Below, piece after piece: positions 1 through 9,698 of a stretch of 64,000 nt of DNA; position 1 is the stretch's first letter; each line of letters starts with the position of its first letter. A program made the translations under genes and the position numbers. This DNA comes from an uncultured virus (IMG/VR IMGVR_UViG_2882234885_000004) (lineage: Duplodnaviria; Heunggongvirae; Uroviricota; Caudoviricetes): IMG/VR virus record IMGVR_UViG_2882234885_000004. One strand, written 5' to 3'. A model generated the notes under the pieces. It was given only the letters and a program-made list of their open reading frames with translations. It did not search any database and was not told the DNA's origin.

Positions 1-1
1 A

Positions 2-106
2 TCGGTTGAGGACGACGGCGAGGGTATTTGCTTCAATGTCTACTGCTACAACAACCAGCCCGGCGTCATCATCGACTATGCGACAGGGGAGAGCCAGGCT
101 GCTTGA
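2..106 (+). CDS. C-terminal end of a DNA/RNA non-specific (DNA-entry, EndA-like) endonuclease, 5'-partial
   Basis: Manual translation SVEDDGEGICFNVYCYNNQPGVIIDYATGESQAA* matches the typical C-terminal motif of this family; not in ORF track. Confidence 0.7.
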   Translation, partial: SVEDDGEGICFNVYCYNNQPGVIIDYATGESQAA

Positions 107-121
107 TAGAGAGGACCAGTT

Positions 122-565
122 ATGATATATACCGTTTTAACTAACAAGGCAATACAGATTGCTTATGAGGCCCATCAGGGGCAGGTCGACAAAGCGGGAC
201 TCCCGTACATCTTCCATCCATTCCATCTAGCCGAGCAGATGACGGATGAAATCTCGACCTGTGTGGCCCTGCTCCACGATGTGGCGGAGGATACCGATGT
301 GTCGCTGGACGACCTGGCCGGGGAGTTTCCCCCAGAGGTCATGGAACCGCTGCGGAAGCTCACCCACCAGACTGGGGTGTCCTATGCTGACTACATCATC
401 GGCCTACGGGATGACCCGGTGGCCAAGAAGGTCAAAATGGCTGACATCCGGCACAACTCGGACATGAGCCGATTCTCCGGGGGAAAGCCTATCTCGCCTC
501 GGGATGCTGCCAGACTGGGCGAAAAGTATAAGATGGCTTTGGCCCTTCTCTCAGAAGGACACTAA
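122..565 (+). CDS. HD-domain hydrolase, small RelA/SpoT-hydrolase (SAH/Mesh1)-like
   Basis: AH.GQ.DK.G.PYI.HP, LLHDVAEDT and VKMADIRHN motifs; RBS GAGGA. Confidence 0.8.
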   Translation: MIYTVLTNKAIQIAYEAHQGQVDKAGLPYIFHPFHLAEQMTDEISTCVALLHDVAEDTDVSLDDLAGEFPPEVMEPLRKLTHQTGVSYADYIIGLRDDPVAKKVKMADIRHNSDMSRFSGGKPISPRDAARLGEKYKMALALLSEGH

Positions 566-589
566 AATTTCGATAGGAGGTTTTCTGCT

Positions 590-814
590 ATGAAGCATAA
601 GCGAGCATTTACTGTCCTTGTGGGCATTGCTATCGGCGGCGCGGTCGCCGCCATCGTCCATCAGCTCCGTAAGCCGGTCACATACAATCTTCGTGACAGC
701 AGCGGGAAAGTGGCGGCCACCGGCACGACGAAGGATGGAAAGGTCACAGTCGACGGGTCGCTTCCCTATGGAACATACACCATTCGGGAGGAAGACCCGG
801 CCGCCGCTGAGTGA
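590..814 (+). CDS. small membrane-anchored protein with Cna-B/SpaA-like fragment
   Basis: N-terminal hydrophobic helix; TTKDGKVTV..LPYGTYTIREE; RBS AGGAGG. Confidence 0.5.
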   Translation: MKHKRAFTVLVGIAIGGAVAAIVHQLRKPVTYNLRDSSGKVAATGTTKDGKVTVDGSLPYGTYTIREEDPAAAE

Positions 815-826
815 GGGTGATGCAGT

Positions 827-1384
827 ATGATTCTGGCTTTTACAGGGGCCGGTATCTCCCAGGCATCCGATGTCCCCACATTTGCTGAACAGCCGGGTAT
901 CCGGGACTGCCTCACCCGCAGTTATGCTATCCAGCACCCGGCGGAGTATAGGGAGGTCATCGCTGAGATGCAGGCGGCATGTGATGCCGCTGCTCCCAAT
1001 GACGCTCATCTCGCCCTCGCAGAGTATGATGTTCCGGTCATTACTATGAATGTCGACGGGCTTCACCAGAGGGCCAGGAGCCGCCACATTCTGGCTATCC
1101 ACGGTACTCTGCCGGACATCGTGCTCTATGACGACCCGGCACCGCTGTACGAAGTGGCTCACAACTGGGTGTTCCAGTTGAGGGAGGGGGACTTTTTCCT
1201 GATAGTGGGAACATCCTACTACACCAACATCTCTGTGCAGCTCAAACGGGAGGCGCTCAGAAGGGGAGCAGATGTGTTCGAAATCGACCACGATGCGGAG
1301 CATCTGGTCCGAGACTTCCTCCAGAAGGCGGATACTCCGGCCTGCACATTTGAGCAATTTTTGGCAAGAAGCCCATATGTATGA
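827..1384 (+). CDS. Sir2-family (sirtuin) NAD-dependent enzyme, compact, no Zn-finger cysteines
   Basis: FTGAGISQASDVPTF, TMNVDGLHQRA, IHG and VGTS motifs. Confidence 0.85.
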   Translation: MILAFTGAGISQASDVPTFAEQPGIRDCLTRSYAIQHPAEYREVIAEMQAACDAAAPNDAHLALAEYDVPVITMNVDGLHQRARSRHILAIHGTLPDIVLYDDPAPLYEVAHNWVFQLREGDFFLIVGTSYYTNISVQLKREALRRGADVFEIDHDAEHLVRDFLQKADTPACTFEQFLARSPYV

Positions 1385-1388
1385 AAAC

Positions 1389-1423
1389 AGCCTGCGGCTC
1401 TAAAATCCTGCCGCAGGCTTTTT
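1389..1423 (+). terminator. intrinsic terminator
   Basis: AGCCTGCGGC/GCCGCAGGCT stem followed by T-run. Confidence 0.7.
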
Positions 1424-1541
1424 CTCATGTTCTCCGGTAAATTGGACAAACAGAAATACTGTGTCTATTCACCTAGTATTAAGCAAGAAAGAATGCTAAA
1501 AATGGCCTGCGTCCATATTGTATGGGCGCAGGCTGGCTTTT

Positions 1542-2915
1542 TTATCCAATAATACTCGATACATAAATTTCACTCTGCTCAGGAAACTCGGCCTGATAGC
1601 GAAAGCCCCTTCCTTTTGGTATTGGAAGTTCTGGGAGAGGGGGAAGTTCCTTCTCTACGGGCCCTGGCTCCGCAGCGGCAGTCTTATGGTAGGTATCTCG
1701 GCGTTGACCTGCCTGCGGGACCGCCTTTATCCCAACAGGGTATCCGCTCTGAATGACGGAACACGGAGCGAGGCAAACGCTGTCTAGGACCTGGGAGGCA
1801 TACAGCATCACAATCAGGTCCCGGAGATATGTGTAGGGCAGAATAAAATCTGACTCAATTGTGACCGAATAGAAAAATGTTGCCTCTACATCATAATATC
1901 CGTCAAGGCTTCCAAAAGGGGTATCCACCCGATAGAGGCAGTATTTGCGGCCCTGAAATTCAGTCTCTTTGAGCAATACCCCTGTCAGTTCCTCCGTCGG
2001 GTCATCTATCTCAAAAAACACCCCATTGGGTGGAAGTTGGCCGCAGTTTTCTTTGAGTTGTGTCGAAACCAACTCCGCATCCAGAAGTACATGTAGATTT
2101 TGAAAAGGGACCTTGACGGTATCAAAGGTCTTCTCCGGCACGATGTCGAAGGTGTACTCATTTATCAGCGGGAGCATGGCCGCTAGGGAGTTGATATGAA
2201 TGCGCTGCACCTGTTCCAGCGTAGAAATGTCGTCCAGGGACTGGATGTTCATGCCATACTTTGCATAGAGGTTCTTGACGACCTGCTCCTGCTCAAATGG
2301 GTCTCTGGGCCGCCAGCCGCCAAGTATCTTCTGGTTCAGTTCGTTGGCTGGCCGGTCACTATATGGGAAGGGGCAGGGGCCAGTCAGCCACGCTCCGGCT
2401 GTGGATACGCCATACACGCAGCACTCCAAGTCGAATTTGTCCGGCCGGAGGTACTCCAGTGTCTGCAACATCAGATTGACATAGGCAGTCCGAATGTCCT
2501 TCTCCACCACAGGAGAACTCTCGTATTGGAGGCGCATTAGCTGGCCCGCAAAAGCGCAGAACTCGCGCTCCATGTGATTCTTCTTGATAAGTGCGCTCAG
2601 GTTGTTATAAAATGCATGGAGACCCAAGACGAACTTTTCCTCATTGGCTCCAGCCAATTCCAACTGCCCTTCGATTTGGCGGGTCAGAACTTTCTGTGGG
2701 AGGGCCGCGCTGATAGCATAAGTCCCGGCCGTGAGTTTCTGAAAGGGGACATTCTCTATGAGTTGAAGGACCCAGGTTGCCGTGCCGAAAGTGCGGTCCA
2801 TGATTAACTGAACTTCCAGTGGCTTCCCGGCAATTCGCTTCTGGACACGCTTCAGATACTTTCCAACGAAGTCGGTAGATTTGTTTTCAAACTGCACACA
2901 AACCCTCCCTCCCAA
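1542..2915 (-). CDS. hypothetical protein (457 aa)
   Basis: Long ORF filling the gap between + strand units; start uncertain. Confidence 0.7.
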   Translation of the reverse strand: MGGRVCVQFENKSTDFVGKYLKRVQKRIAGKPLEVQLIMDRTFGTATWVLQLIENVPFQKLTAGTYAISAALPQKVLTRQIEGQLELAGANEEKFVLGLHAFYNNLSALIKKNHMEREFCAFAGQLMRLQYESSPVVEKDIRTAYVNLMLQTLEYLRPDKFDLECCVYGVSTAGAWLTGPCPFPYSDRPANELNQKILGGWRPRDPFEQEQVVKNLYAKYGMNIQSLDDISTLEQVQRIHINSLAAMLPLINEYTFDIVPEKTFDTVKVPFQNLHVLLDAELVSTQLKENCGQLPPNGVFFEIDDPTEELTGVLLKETEFQGRKYCLYRVDTPFGSLDGYYDVEATFFYSVTIESDFILPYTYLRDLIVMLYASQVLDSVCLAPCSVIQSGYPVGIKAVPQAGQRRDTYHKTAAAEPGPVEKELPPLPELPIPKGRGFRYQAEFPEQSEIYVSSIIG

Positions 2916-3000
2916 TGAACGTTTTCCATATCACTTGCTAAAGCCTATGATAGCTTATTGTACCACATAGTAGCAAATCACTCAACTGCTAAAGGAGAAA

Positions 3001-3033
3001 AATATTGAATAATTCATCATTATGTGGTATAAT
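3001..3033 (+). promoter_or_regulatory. sigma-A-type promoter (TTGAAT-17-TATAAT, extended -10)
   Basis: TTGAAT 3005-3010, TGgTATAAT ending 3033; 30/33 identical to minus-strand promoter at 34380-34412. Confidence 0.75.
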
Positions 3034-3051
3034 GTTTTCGAGGTGAGAGAG

Positions 3052-3849
3052 TTGCGTATCCTGTCGATTGACTTTGACTACTTCGTAAATCCCACGGCGC
3101 TTCAGCGTGCGTTATATTTCCCCGATGGCGGCCGTGAAATGAGTGATACACTGAATACCTTCGTGTGGGCTGGAGCGTATGCGCACTCCAAAATCGCCAC
3201 GAAAAGGGCAGGCAACGAGAAGAACAGCCTGATGCAGGTCGAGCTGCTGAAAAAGCCTCTCCAGGCAATCCATAATATCGTCATGGCCCAGGGGGATATC
3301 TGCTATATGGTGGCAGACAGCCATGCCCATGCCTACGACTTTATCAATGAAAACTGGGATGGAAGTGTGATGGAATTATACAACGTGGACTTTCATCACG
3401 ACACCTTTGACGTCGGTGAGGGGGTCCACTGCGGAAATTGGTTGCGCTGGCTTCTGAATGATGGCACCGTAGATGCCGCATACTGGGTCAACCAGCCTGA
3501 TAGTGAATTGGCAGATAATATGACCCAGGTGATTTCACTCTCAGAGCTTCCCAAAACCGGCTATGACCTGGTATACATCTGCCGCTCCGGCTGGTGGACG
3601 CCGCCCCATATGGATGATGCGTTCATCAAATATCTTGCCCGGCCGCTGATTGCGAATAAGAACGGCTGGGAAGTAAAATATCAGAAGGGCATTATGGAGA
3701 GCCGTTACAACAATGAACTGAAAAACCTGGTAAAGCAGGAATGTATCTTCCGTGACAAATTTCCCAAAGATATGGTCCTGCAGGAGGACCTCTCGATGCC
3801 CAAAATTGACTCATCCGGTGGGAGATGGTATAATAATCCCAGTATTTGA
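3052..3849 (+). CDS. UPF0489-like protein
   Basis: ILSIDFDYF, NVDFHHD, HCGNW, ICRSGWWTPP; TTG start after GAGGTG (track start 3022 lies inside the promoter). Confidence 0.65.
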   Translation: MRILSIDFDYFVNPTALQRALYFPDGGREMSDTLNTFVWAGAYAHSKIATKRAGNEKNSLMQVELLKKPLQAIHNIVMAQGDICYMVADSHAHAYDFINENWDGSVMELYNVDFHHDTFDVGEGVHCGNWLRWLLNDGTVDAAYWVNQPDSELADNMTQVISLSELPKTGYDLVYICRSGWWTPPHMDDAFIKYLARPLIANKNGWEVKYQKGIMESRYNNELKNLVKQECIFRDKFPKDMVLQEDLSMPKIDSSGGRWYNNPSI

Positions 3850-3959
3850 GGAAGTATCATTGCAAAAATCGCATATGAAGATTCCAGCGGCTTTCGTTTT
3901 ATGAAAAACGGAAGCCGCTTTTCTATATACACAAACATCACCATCAAGGAGGAAGCAGT
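3806..3959 (+). promoter_or_regulatory. conserved operon leader L1
   Basis: TTGACT 3806, TGgTATAAT ending 3834, GAGGAAGTATC 3848-3858, hairpin 3886-3919 plus T-run, ATATACACAAAC, AAGGAGG. Confidence 0.85.
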
Positions 3960-4235
3960 ATGAGTAAAAGCAAGAACGAGGCTGACCAGCTCAGAGAAGG
4001 AACCCGTGTCCTCGTGCATGGAGAGGCTGCCTATCTGTGGATTCAAGACTATAATGGTCTGGTTTTCACGATGGGCACAGTCATACGGACACCGAAGCCG
4101 ACGGACAAAAAGGTTCTGGTCATTCTGGATATGCTGGGCGATAAGTGGGATGTGGTCACAACGGTACGCCGCACCGCACTCAAAATCGCCAGGCAGCCAT
4201 CCGCAAAGGAGGGCGACGCTCATGTTCACGCTTGA
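3960..4235 (+). CDS. hypothetical protein
   Basis: ORF with strong RBS directly after L1. Confidence 0.7.
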   Translation: MSKSKNEADQLREGTRVLVHGEAAYLWIQDYNGLVFTMGTVIRTPKPTDKKVLVILDMLGDKWDVVTTVRRTALKIARQPSAKEGDAHVHA

Positions 4236-4743
4236 GGATGTCCGGCGTGAATATCATCGTCTGGACGGGATTTGTGGAGTCGACACCTCACAAATTCCAG
4301 TAAAAATCTCAAAACGGGCCAGGGTGCAACGGGGGTGTTGCGTATGCTTCGGGCGTACCGTGAAGGAAATCCGGCTGTCGGATTTCATTTTCAGCGAACC
4401 TGAGGACCTGTTCTATGACACTGCGCGGCACGAATATGCCCATGCGGTAGTCAAACTGCGGCATCCGACAGAACGACATGTACACGATGAAGTCTGGAAA
4501 GCGGTTTGCCTGGAAGTGGGGTGTAATCCAAATCGGCTCACGTCTACCCCGACCGAAGTACGGAGCCAGCGCGAGGACAAGGCCAAATATGTGCTGACCT
4601 GTAAGCACTGCGGGGTCCAGTGGAAGTTCTATCGGAAAACCAAGTTGATAAAATACTTGCTGGCCGGAGGCACAAAATTAGCCTGCAATCGATGCGGTCA
4701 CACAGATTTTGAGTTGGTCCAGCAAGGCCCAAAAAGGAGATAA
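4222..4743 (+). CDS. SprT-like zinc metalloprotease with C-terminal Zn ribbon
   Basis: HEYAH, H...WK..C..VG, CKHC...CNRC; ATG 4222 after AAGGAGG. Confidence 0.85.
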   Translation: MFTLEDVRREYHRLDGICGVDTSQIPVKISKRARVQRGCCVCFGRTVKEIRLSDFIFSEPEDLFYDTARHEYAHAVVKLRHPTERHVHDEVWKAVCLEVGCNPNRLTSTPTEVRSQREDKAKYVLTCKHCGVQWKFYRKTKLIKYLLAGGTKLACNRCGHTDFELVQQGPKRR

Positions 4744-4749
4744 GTAAAA

Positions 4750-5559
4750 GTGGCAAAGTATCGGATAGGAGTCACGGAGGCCGGTGATGCCGGTATCGAC
4801 CTGAACTGGGTCCAAAAGATGGACACAGTGGACGGTGCAGTCGTTATCACAAAGCAAATTACACACGGTCTCCTTGACGCAGTGCTGGAGCACCAGAGAA
4901 AGCTCATTGTCCATGCTACTCTGACCGGCTATGGCGGGAGCGTCCTAGAACCTTGCGTTCCGACACCGGACGAGCAGTTCGAGGCGGTCCAGGCTCTAGT
5001 GGATAGCGGTTTCCCACAGGAGAAAATCGTTATCCGGGTGGACCCGCTCATCCCAACAGAGAAGGGCCTGGTCAAAGCGCTGCGGGTTATCGAGACCTGC
5101 ATGGATGACGGCTTCCGGCGGTATCGGGTCAGCGTCCTAGACATGTACAGGCATGTCAGGAACCGCTTCCGTGCAACAGGACTTCCGTTGCCCTATGGTG
5201 AAAACCAGTTTGCCAGCAGAGCGCAGTTGTCCGAAGCGGATGCAATGCTCCGCGAAGCCGCCGCATACTGGCAGGGGCTGGGCCAACAGGCAAGAGACCT
5301 GCGGATTGAGTCCTGCGCGGAACCATATCTGCGGTATCCTATCCGCTGCGGATGTGTCTCGGCCTATGACCTGGAACTACTGGGCCTGGATGCGAGCGAC
5401 GCCGACTCCATGGGCTACCAGCGGGAGCACTGCATGTGCTACTCCGGGAAGGTAGAACTACTGAGTCACAAACATCCGTGTTCGCATGGATGTCTCTATT
5501 GCTATTGGAGAGAATGTACGACAAATTTGAAAAAGGAGGGAAGCTCCAGTGGATTATAA
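4750..5559 (+). CDS. DUF1848-like (radical-SAM-related) protein
   Basis: TLTGYG..LEP.VP, IRVDPLI, IESCAE and C-terminal CSHGCLYCYW. Confidence 0.7.
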   Translation: MAKYRIGVTEAGDAGIDLNWVQKMDTVDGAVVITKQITHGLLDAVLEHQRKLIVHATLTGYGGSVLEPCVPTPDEQFEAVQALVDSGFPQEKIVIRVDPLIPTEKGLVKALRVIETCMDDGFRRYRVSVLDMYRHVRNRFRATGLPLPYGENQFASRAQLSEADAMLREAAAYWQGLGQQARDLRIESCAEPYLRYPIRCGCVSAYDLELLGLDASDADSMGYQREHCMCYSGKVELLSHKHPCSHGCLYCYWRECTTNLKKEGSSSGL

Positions 5560-7408
5560 AGAATTCTGCGCTAAGTACCACGTGCGTTTGAATGACCAGC
5601 AGGCCACCGCTGTACAGAGAGTGAATGGAGCCACTTTGCTGCTGGCTGTGCCGGGGAGCGGGAAGACCACGGTCATCGTGGCCCGTACCGGCTATTTGCT
5701 CCATGTGGTGGGCATCGACCCGCGTAATATCCTGACCATCACCTTCACGAAGGCGGCGGCCCGGGAGATGAAGGAGCGGTTTATCAAGAAGTTCGGGGAG
5801 GTCAACGGCTTTGTGCCGCACTTCTCGACTATCAACAGCTTTTGCCTGTCGGTCATCAAGACCTGTGCCCGGGAAAAGCACATTACGATTCCTGAACTGG
5901 TGCCCAACAATGAGCCCATTATCCGGGACATCGCCCGGACGATGATGAGGGATTATCCCAGCGACTCGACCATCAAGTCCCTGGCACAGAGCATCGGGAA
6001 GGTCAAGAACGAACTGATGGAAAACGACCAAATCAAGCAGATTGAGGAGGAAGGTATCGACTTCTACCAGTTCTACCATAAGTACAAGGCCCATTTGACC
6101 GACAACGGCCTCATGGATTTCGACGACCAGCTTCTGATGGCCAACGAACTGCTGGATACATACCCGGACATCCTGGCCCGGGCAAAGAAGCAGTACCGCT
6201 ATATCAGCCTGGATGAGGCACAGGACACCTCTCTGGTACAGCACCGCATTGTCCAGAAGCTGGTGGGGAAGGACGGCAACATCTTCATGGTCGGCGACGA
6301 AGACCAAAGCATCTACGGCTCCCGAGGCGCTTACCCGGAGGCCCTGCTCAGTTTCGAGTCCGACTACAACAACGCCAGCATCATCTACATGGAGACGAAC
6401 TTCCGCAGTGACCAGAAAATCGTTCTGGCCGCCAACCAGTTCATCAAGCGGAATAAGGAACGCCATGATAAGAACATGCACCCGAATTCCACGGAAGAGG
6501 GCAAAATCAACTTCGTCCCTCTGCAGGACATGAAGTCGCAGCCTCATATGGTTTTTGACGCCATCAGAAAGGCTCTGGCCACCAAGGACCACACTCTGGC
6601 GATTCTCTATCGGAACAACTACTCAGCTATCCCCATCATCAATCTGCTGCAGAAGGCGGGGCTGGGTGTCCGTACCCGGGATGCGGCCGGTATCTTCCTG
6701 ACCAACTTCGTGGTCAGTGATATCCTGACCTTCTTCCGTTTCGCCAAGGACCAGACCAATCTCCAGCTCTTCCGGCAGCTCTACTACAAGTTGGGGCTCT
6801 ACCTCAAATCCTCAGTGGTTCAGTCCATTGAAGAGACGATGGCGAGGCAGCCTTGCCGTTCCGCGATGATTCCTCTGACCCATTATGGCCGGATTTCTGC
6901 GCAGTCACGGCAAATCCTCCGGTACATGGATGAACTCCCGAAGATGTCCCCGCTGGACGGTATTGACAGTATCCTCTGGAACATTGGATACATGGATAAC
7001 TGGCTCCAGCGGAAAATTGATGAAGGAGCCTCCGAGTCTTCGCTCATGCTGAAGGTCAATATCCTGAAGCTCGTGGCCATGGAGTATAAGACCGTTGATG
7101 AGTTCCTGACCGCTATTGACCGAATTCGGGACTATCAGGGCGACCCGGACTCCAATGTGACGCTTTCTACCATCCATTCCAGCAAGGGCCTGGAGTTCGA
7201 CCAGGTAGTGCTGGTGGATGTGTTCAACGGCGTTCTGCCTACTATCAGCAACACCAAGGAGGAGAAGGACGAAGAAGAGGAGGCCAGACTGTTCTATGTG
7301 GGAGCCACTAGAGCCAAGCATCAGCTTGACATCGTGGTCCCGAACGCCATGTTTGGCCAAGCACTGGAAGTGTCCGAGTTCTTGAAGGGATTCGGCAGCA
7401 GCACATAA
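5549..7408 (+). CDS. pcrA: UvrD/PcrA superfamily-1 DNA helicase
   Basis: AVPGSGKT, DEAQD, VGDEDQSIYG, NFRS, STIHSSKGLEF, EEARLFYVGATRAK. Confidence 0.93.
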   Translation: MDYKEFCAKYHVRLNDQQATAVQRVNGATLLLAVPGSGKTTVIVARTGYLLHVVGIDPRNILTITFTKAAAREMKERFIKKFGEVNGFVPHFSTINSFCLSVIKTCAREKHITIPELVPNNEPIIRDIARTMMRDYPSDSTIKSLAQSIGKVKNELMENDQIKQIEEEGIDFYQFYHKYKAHLTDNGLMDFDDQLLMANELLDTYPDILARAKKQYRYISLDEAQDTSLVQHRIVQKLVGKDGNIFMVGDEDQSIYGSRGAYPEALLSFESDYNNASIIYMETNFRSDQKIVLAANQFIKRNKERHDKNMHPNSTEEGKINFVPLQDMKSQPHMVFDAIRKALATKDHTLAILYRNNYSAIPIINLLQKAGLGVRTRDAAGIFLTNFVVSDILTFFRFAKDQTNLQLFRQLYYKLGLYLKSSVVQSIEETMARQPCRSAMIPLTHYGRISAQSRQILRYMDELPKMSPLDGIDSILWNIGYMDNWLQRKIDEGASESSLMLKVNILKLVAMEYKTVDEFLTAIDRIRDYQGDPDSNVTLSTIHSSKGLEFDQVVLVDVFNGVLPTISNTKEEKDEEEEARLFYVGATRAKHQLDIVVPNAMFGQALEVSEFLKGFGSST

Positions 7409-7415
7409 CCGCACA

Positions 7416-7448
7416 GGGCCAGAGGGAATTTCCCCTCTGGTCCTTTTT
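7416..7448 (+). terminator. intrinsic terminator
   Basis: GGGCCAGAGGG/CCCTCTGGTCC stem then TTTTT. Confidence 0.7.
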
Positions 7449-7499
7449 CCTTATAAAATAGGTTGAATTTATCCTATAATGTGATATAATATAATCGAG

Positions 7500-7751
7500 G
7501 TGATGACATTGAAGATTGACACAAATGCTATCTTCTCTATAACAGAGGCCAATCAGAATTTCTCCAAGGTGGCCAGGAAGGTCGACGAACTGGGTTCTGT
7601 GGTCATTATGAAAAACAACGCTCCGAGATACCTGGTCATCGATTTTAGCAAGGCAGAAGCGGATGCGGAGGCCCCGGACGAAGATGTACTGGCTATCTCT
7701 CAAAAACTCATTGAAGAGAACCGGGAAGCCTATGAGGTACTGGCGCAATGA
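7500..7751 (+). CDS. phd: Phd/YefM-family antitoxin
   Basis: SITEANQNFSKVARKVDE.GSVVIMKNNAPRY; overlaps toxin start; promoter TTGAAT-17-TATAAT at 7463-7491. Confidence 0.9.
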   Translation: MMTLKIDTNAIFSITEANQNFSKVARKVDELGSVVIMKNNAPRYLVIDFSKAEADAEAPDEDVLAISQKLIEENREAYEVLAQ

Positions 7752-8125
7752 TTCGGCTAACAGCAGCACAAGTTATAAAACTGCACGAGCAGCTTATCCA
7801 GCAGACTGGAGGAAGTCACGGCATCCGGGACATGGGCCTGCTGGAATCGGCGGTAGAGGCCCCGTTCCAGGCGTTCGGCGAACACGAACTGTATCCGTCT
7901 ATACAGGCAAAGGCGGCCAGACTGGGTTATGGGCTTATAAAGAATCACGCCATGATTGACGGCAACAAGCGAATCGGTGCTCATGCTATGCTGGTCATGC
8001 TTGCCCTGAATGGGGTTTCGCTGCGGTATACGCAAAAAGACCTGTATACCGTCATCCTGGATGTGGCCGCCGGTCAAAAAGGATATGAAGACCTGCTGGA
8101 CTGGATTTTGGAAAAGCAGATTTGA
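7748..8125 (+). CDS. doc: Doc (Fic-fold) toxin
   Basis: GIRD.GLLESA, NHAMIDGNKRIG Fic/Doc motif. Confidence 0.92.
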   Translation: MIRLTAAQVIKLHEQLIQQTGGSHGIRDMGLLESAVEAPFQAFGEHELYPSIQAKAARLGYGLIKNHAMIDGNKRIGAHAMLVMLALNGVSLRYTQKDLYTVILDVAAGQKGYEDLLDWILEKQI

Positions 8126-8138
8126 AGAAGGTGCCTCT

Positions 8139-8369
8139 ATGGAGGTCATAGCCGAAAATAAACACTATGCCTTTGCAGACTGTTGGGCCTGGTCTAATAA
8201 TAGATGTGAACTCATAGAGGGGACTACCGCTGTGGATGGAAATGAACCGGAATTGGACTGCACAGTTTATGTGACCGAGACTGTCAGCGGTGGGATGGCC
8301 AGGGAAAATAAGCACGGGATAGAGTTGTTCCAGGTGGCACTCTCGTCCAATCTTTCAAATCTGAGCTGA
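8139..8369 (+). CDS. hypothetical protein
   Basis: In-frame ATG within track ORF 8010..8369. Confidence 0.45.
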   Translation: MEVIAENKHYAFADCWAWSNNRCELIEGTTAVDGNEPELDCTVYVTETVSGGMARENKHGIELFQVALSSNLSNLS

Positions 8370-8399
8370 GTGTCAAGGAGCAACTCCTTGTGGGCCAAA

Positions 8400-8549
8400 T
8401 TGACCCGCTTTGGAATACGTGATATAATAATTTCACAAATCAAGGAAGTATACACACCACTTGTACATATTGGCAAAGACTCAAGACAGCCTATCCGAAA
8501 AACGGAGGGCTGTCTTTTTTTATATTTTTTTTGCAAAGGAGATTTTTAC
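8400..8549 (+). promoter_or_regulatory. conserved operon leader L2
   Basis: TTGACC 8400, TGaTATAAT ending 8428, AAGGAAGTAT 8442, hairpin AAGACAGCC..GGCTGTCTT 8483-8516 plus T-run, AAGGAG. Confidence 0.85.
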
Positions 8550-9089
8550 ATGGAATGCGTCAATCAACTGCGGAGGCGGTTATTTCCCGCTTCTGAACCG
8601 GAAAACTACATCGTCCATAACCTTCGGACATCCCTGAGCGTGGCAGAGCATCAGCGCGATACCGCTCTGGACCGCCTGAAACATGCGGAAGCGGAACTAG
8701 CAGGGGCTCAGGCAAGGCATCAGTGCTTAGTCCAGAACCTGCAACTCGTCGCCAAGGGTCAATACCAGGCAGTCTATGAGAACATCAAGGACAGCCTCGA
8801 CCCAGAAGGATGGGCACTCTATCGAGCCGCAGAGCACCGCTGTAAAACCTCTGTTCATGAGTTCTTCTCGACTGAGGATAACATGGGGTGCTTCGAGGCT
8901 ATGGATGGAACACAACTCCTTCCTTGGCTGGAGTGCGCTAACTTCGGAACCTGCGACTGGAGGCAGTTGGATTGCCCCGGTGGCTACGAGGTATCCGAAA
9001 ACCGGCGTATCAATACGGCCAGCGAGGAGTACATCAATTACAGAAAAGAAATTTTTGAGGAAGCAGTCAATGAGCTGCTCCTTCAGTGA
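8550..9089 (+). CDS. hypothetical protein (coiled-coil N-half)
   Basis: ATG after L2 RBS. Confidence 0.7.
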   Translation: MECVNQLRRRLFPASEPENYIVHNLRTSLSVAEHQRDTALDRLKHAEAELAGAQARHQCLVQNLQLVAKGQYQAVYENIKDSLDPEGWALYRAAEHRCKTSVHEFFSTEDNMGCFEAMDGTQLLPWLECANFGTCDWRQLDCPGGYEVSENRRINTASEEYINYRKEIFEEAVNELLLQ

Positions 9090-9104
9090 ACAAAGGGGGA
9101 ATAA

Positions 9105-9698
9105 ATGATGTTACCGGAAAAGCGCTGGCAGACCTACGACGAGGCATTGCAAGCTATGCAGGCTCCCGGGCCTGCTGTCCATTACCTCAAGGAGGTTTCT
9201 ACTCGGTTCTACACGGAAGAACTGCTAAGCGTGGCTTTGAAAAACCATCGGGGGTCTCTGAGAGAACTCCGTAGGCCAAAGCGCACGAAGACACTCTGCC
9301 ATGTGGTTCTGGAAGCCTGCCGGGATACGGAAGTCGAGTTTATCCCTGACGAGTATTTTGACCTCGCCTTCGCTAAAAAGGCAGCCAGTTTCTGCCCCAA
9401 GGCTCTGAGGACCATCCTGTATCGGTTCCGCAGCTTGCAGGGCAGAGGTTCCTTTACCCCGTATACTGTCGAAGATGTCAAAATCATCGCAGAAGCAGCC
9501 TGTCCCAAGGGATTGGGTCAGTACAAGCTGAGCGGGGCCAAGAACCAAGAACAGGAGCTGGCCGGTCGCACCTTTGAGCAGTATTGCTCGGAGTTATATG
9601 GCTATGTGGATGTTGCCTATACGTATGTGTATAAGCAGGCTCTGGATGTTCTGCTCCAGCATAGTACAGTTCCATGTCAAGGAGATGAAAAGGCATGA
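9105..9698 (+). CDS. hypothetical protein
   Basis: ORF with RBS, tightly packed. Confidence 0.7.
   Translation: MMLPEKRWQTYDEALQAMQAPGPAVHYLKEVSTRFYTEELLSVALKNHRGSLRELRRPKRTKTLCHVVLEACRDTEVEFIPDEYFDLAFAKKAASFCPKALRTILYRFRSLQGRGSFTPYTVEDVKIIAEAACPKGLGQYKLSGAKNQEQELAGRTFEQYCSELYGYVDVAYTYVYKQALDVLLQHSTVPCQGDEKA

Noticed and set aside
8370..8549. Extended ORF-track starts running through leaders (also 23141, 32891, 55236) and ORF 60910-61119
   Set aside because: They traverse promoter and terminator sequence. Downstream ATGs have proper SD sites, and no conserved leader peptide is evident.
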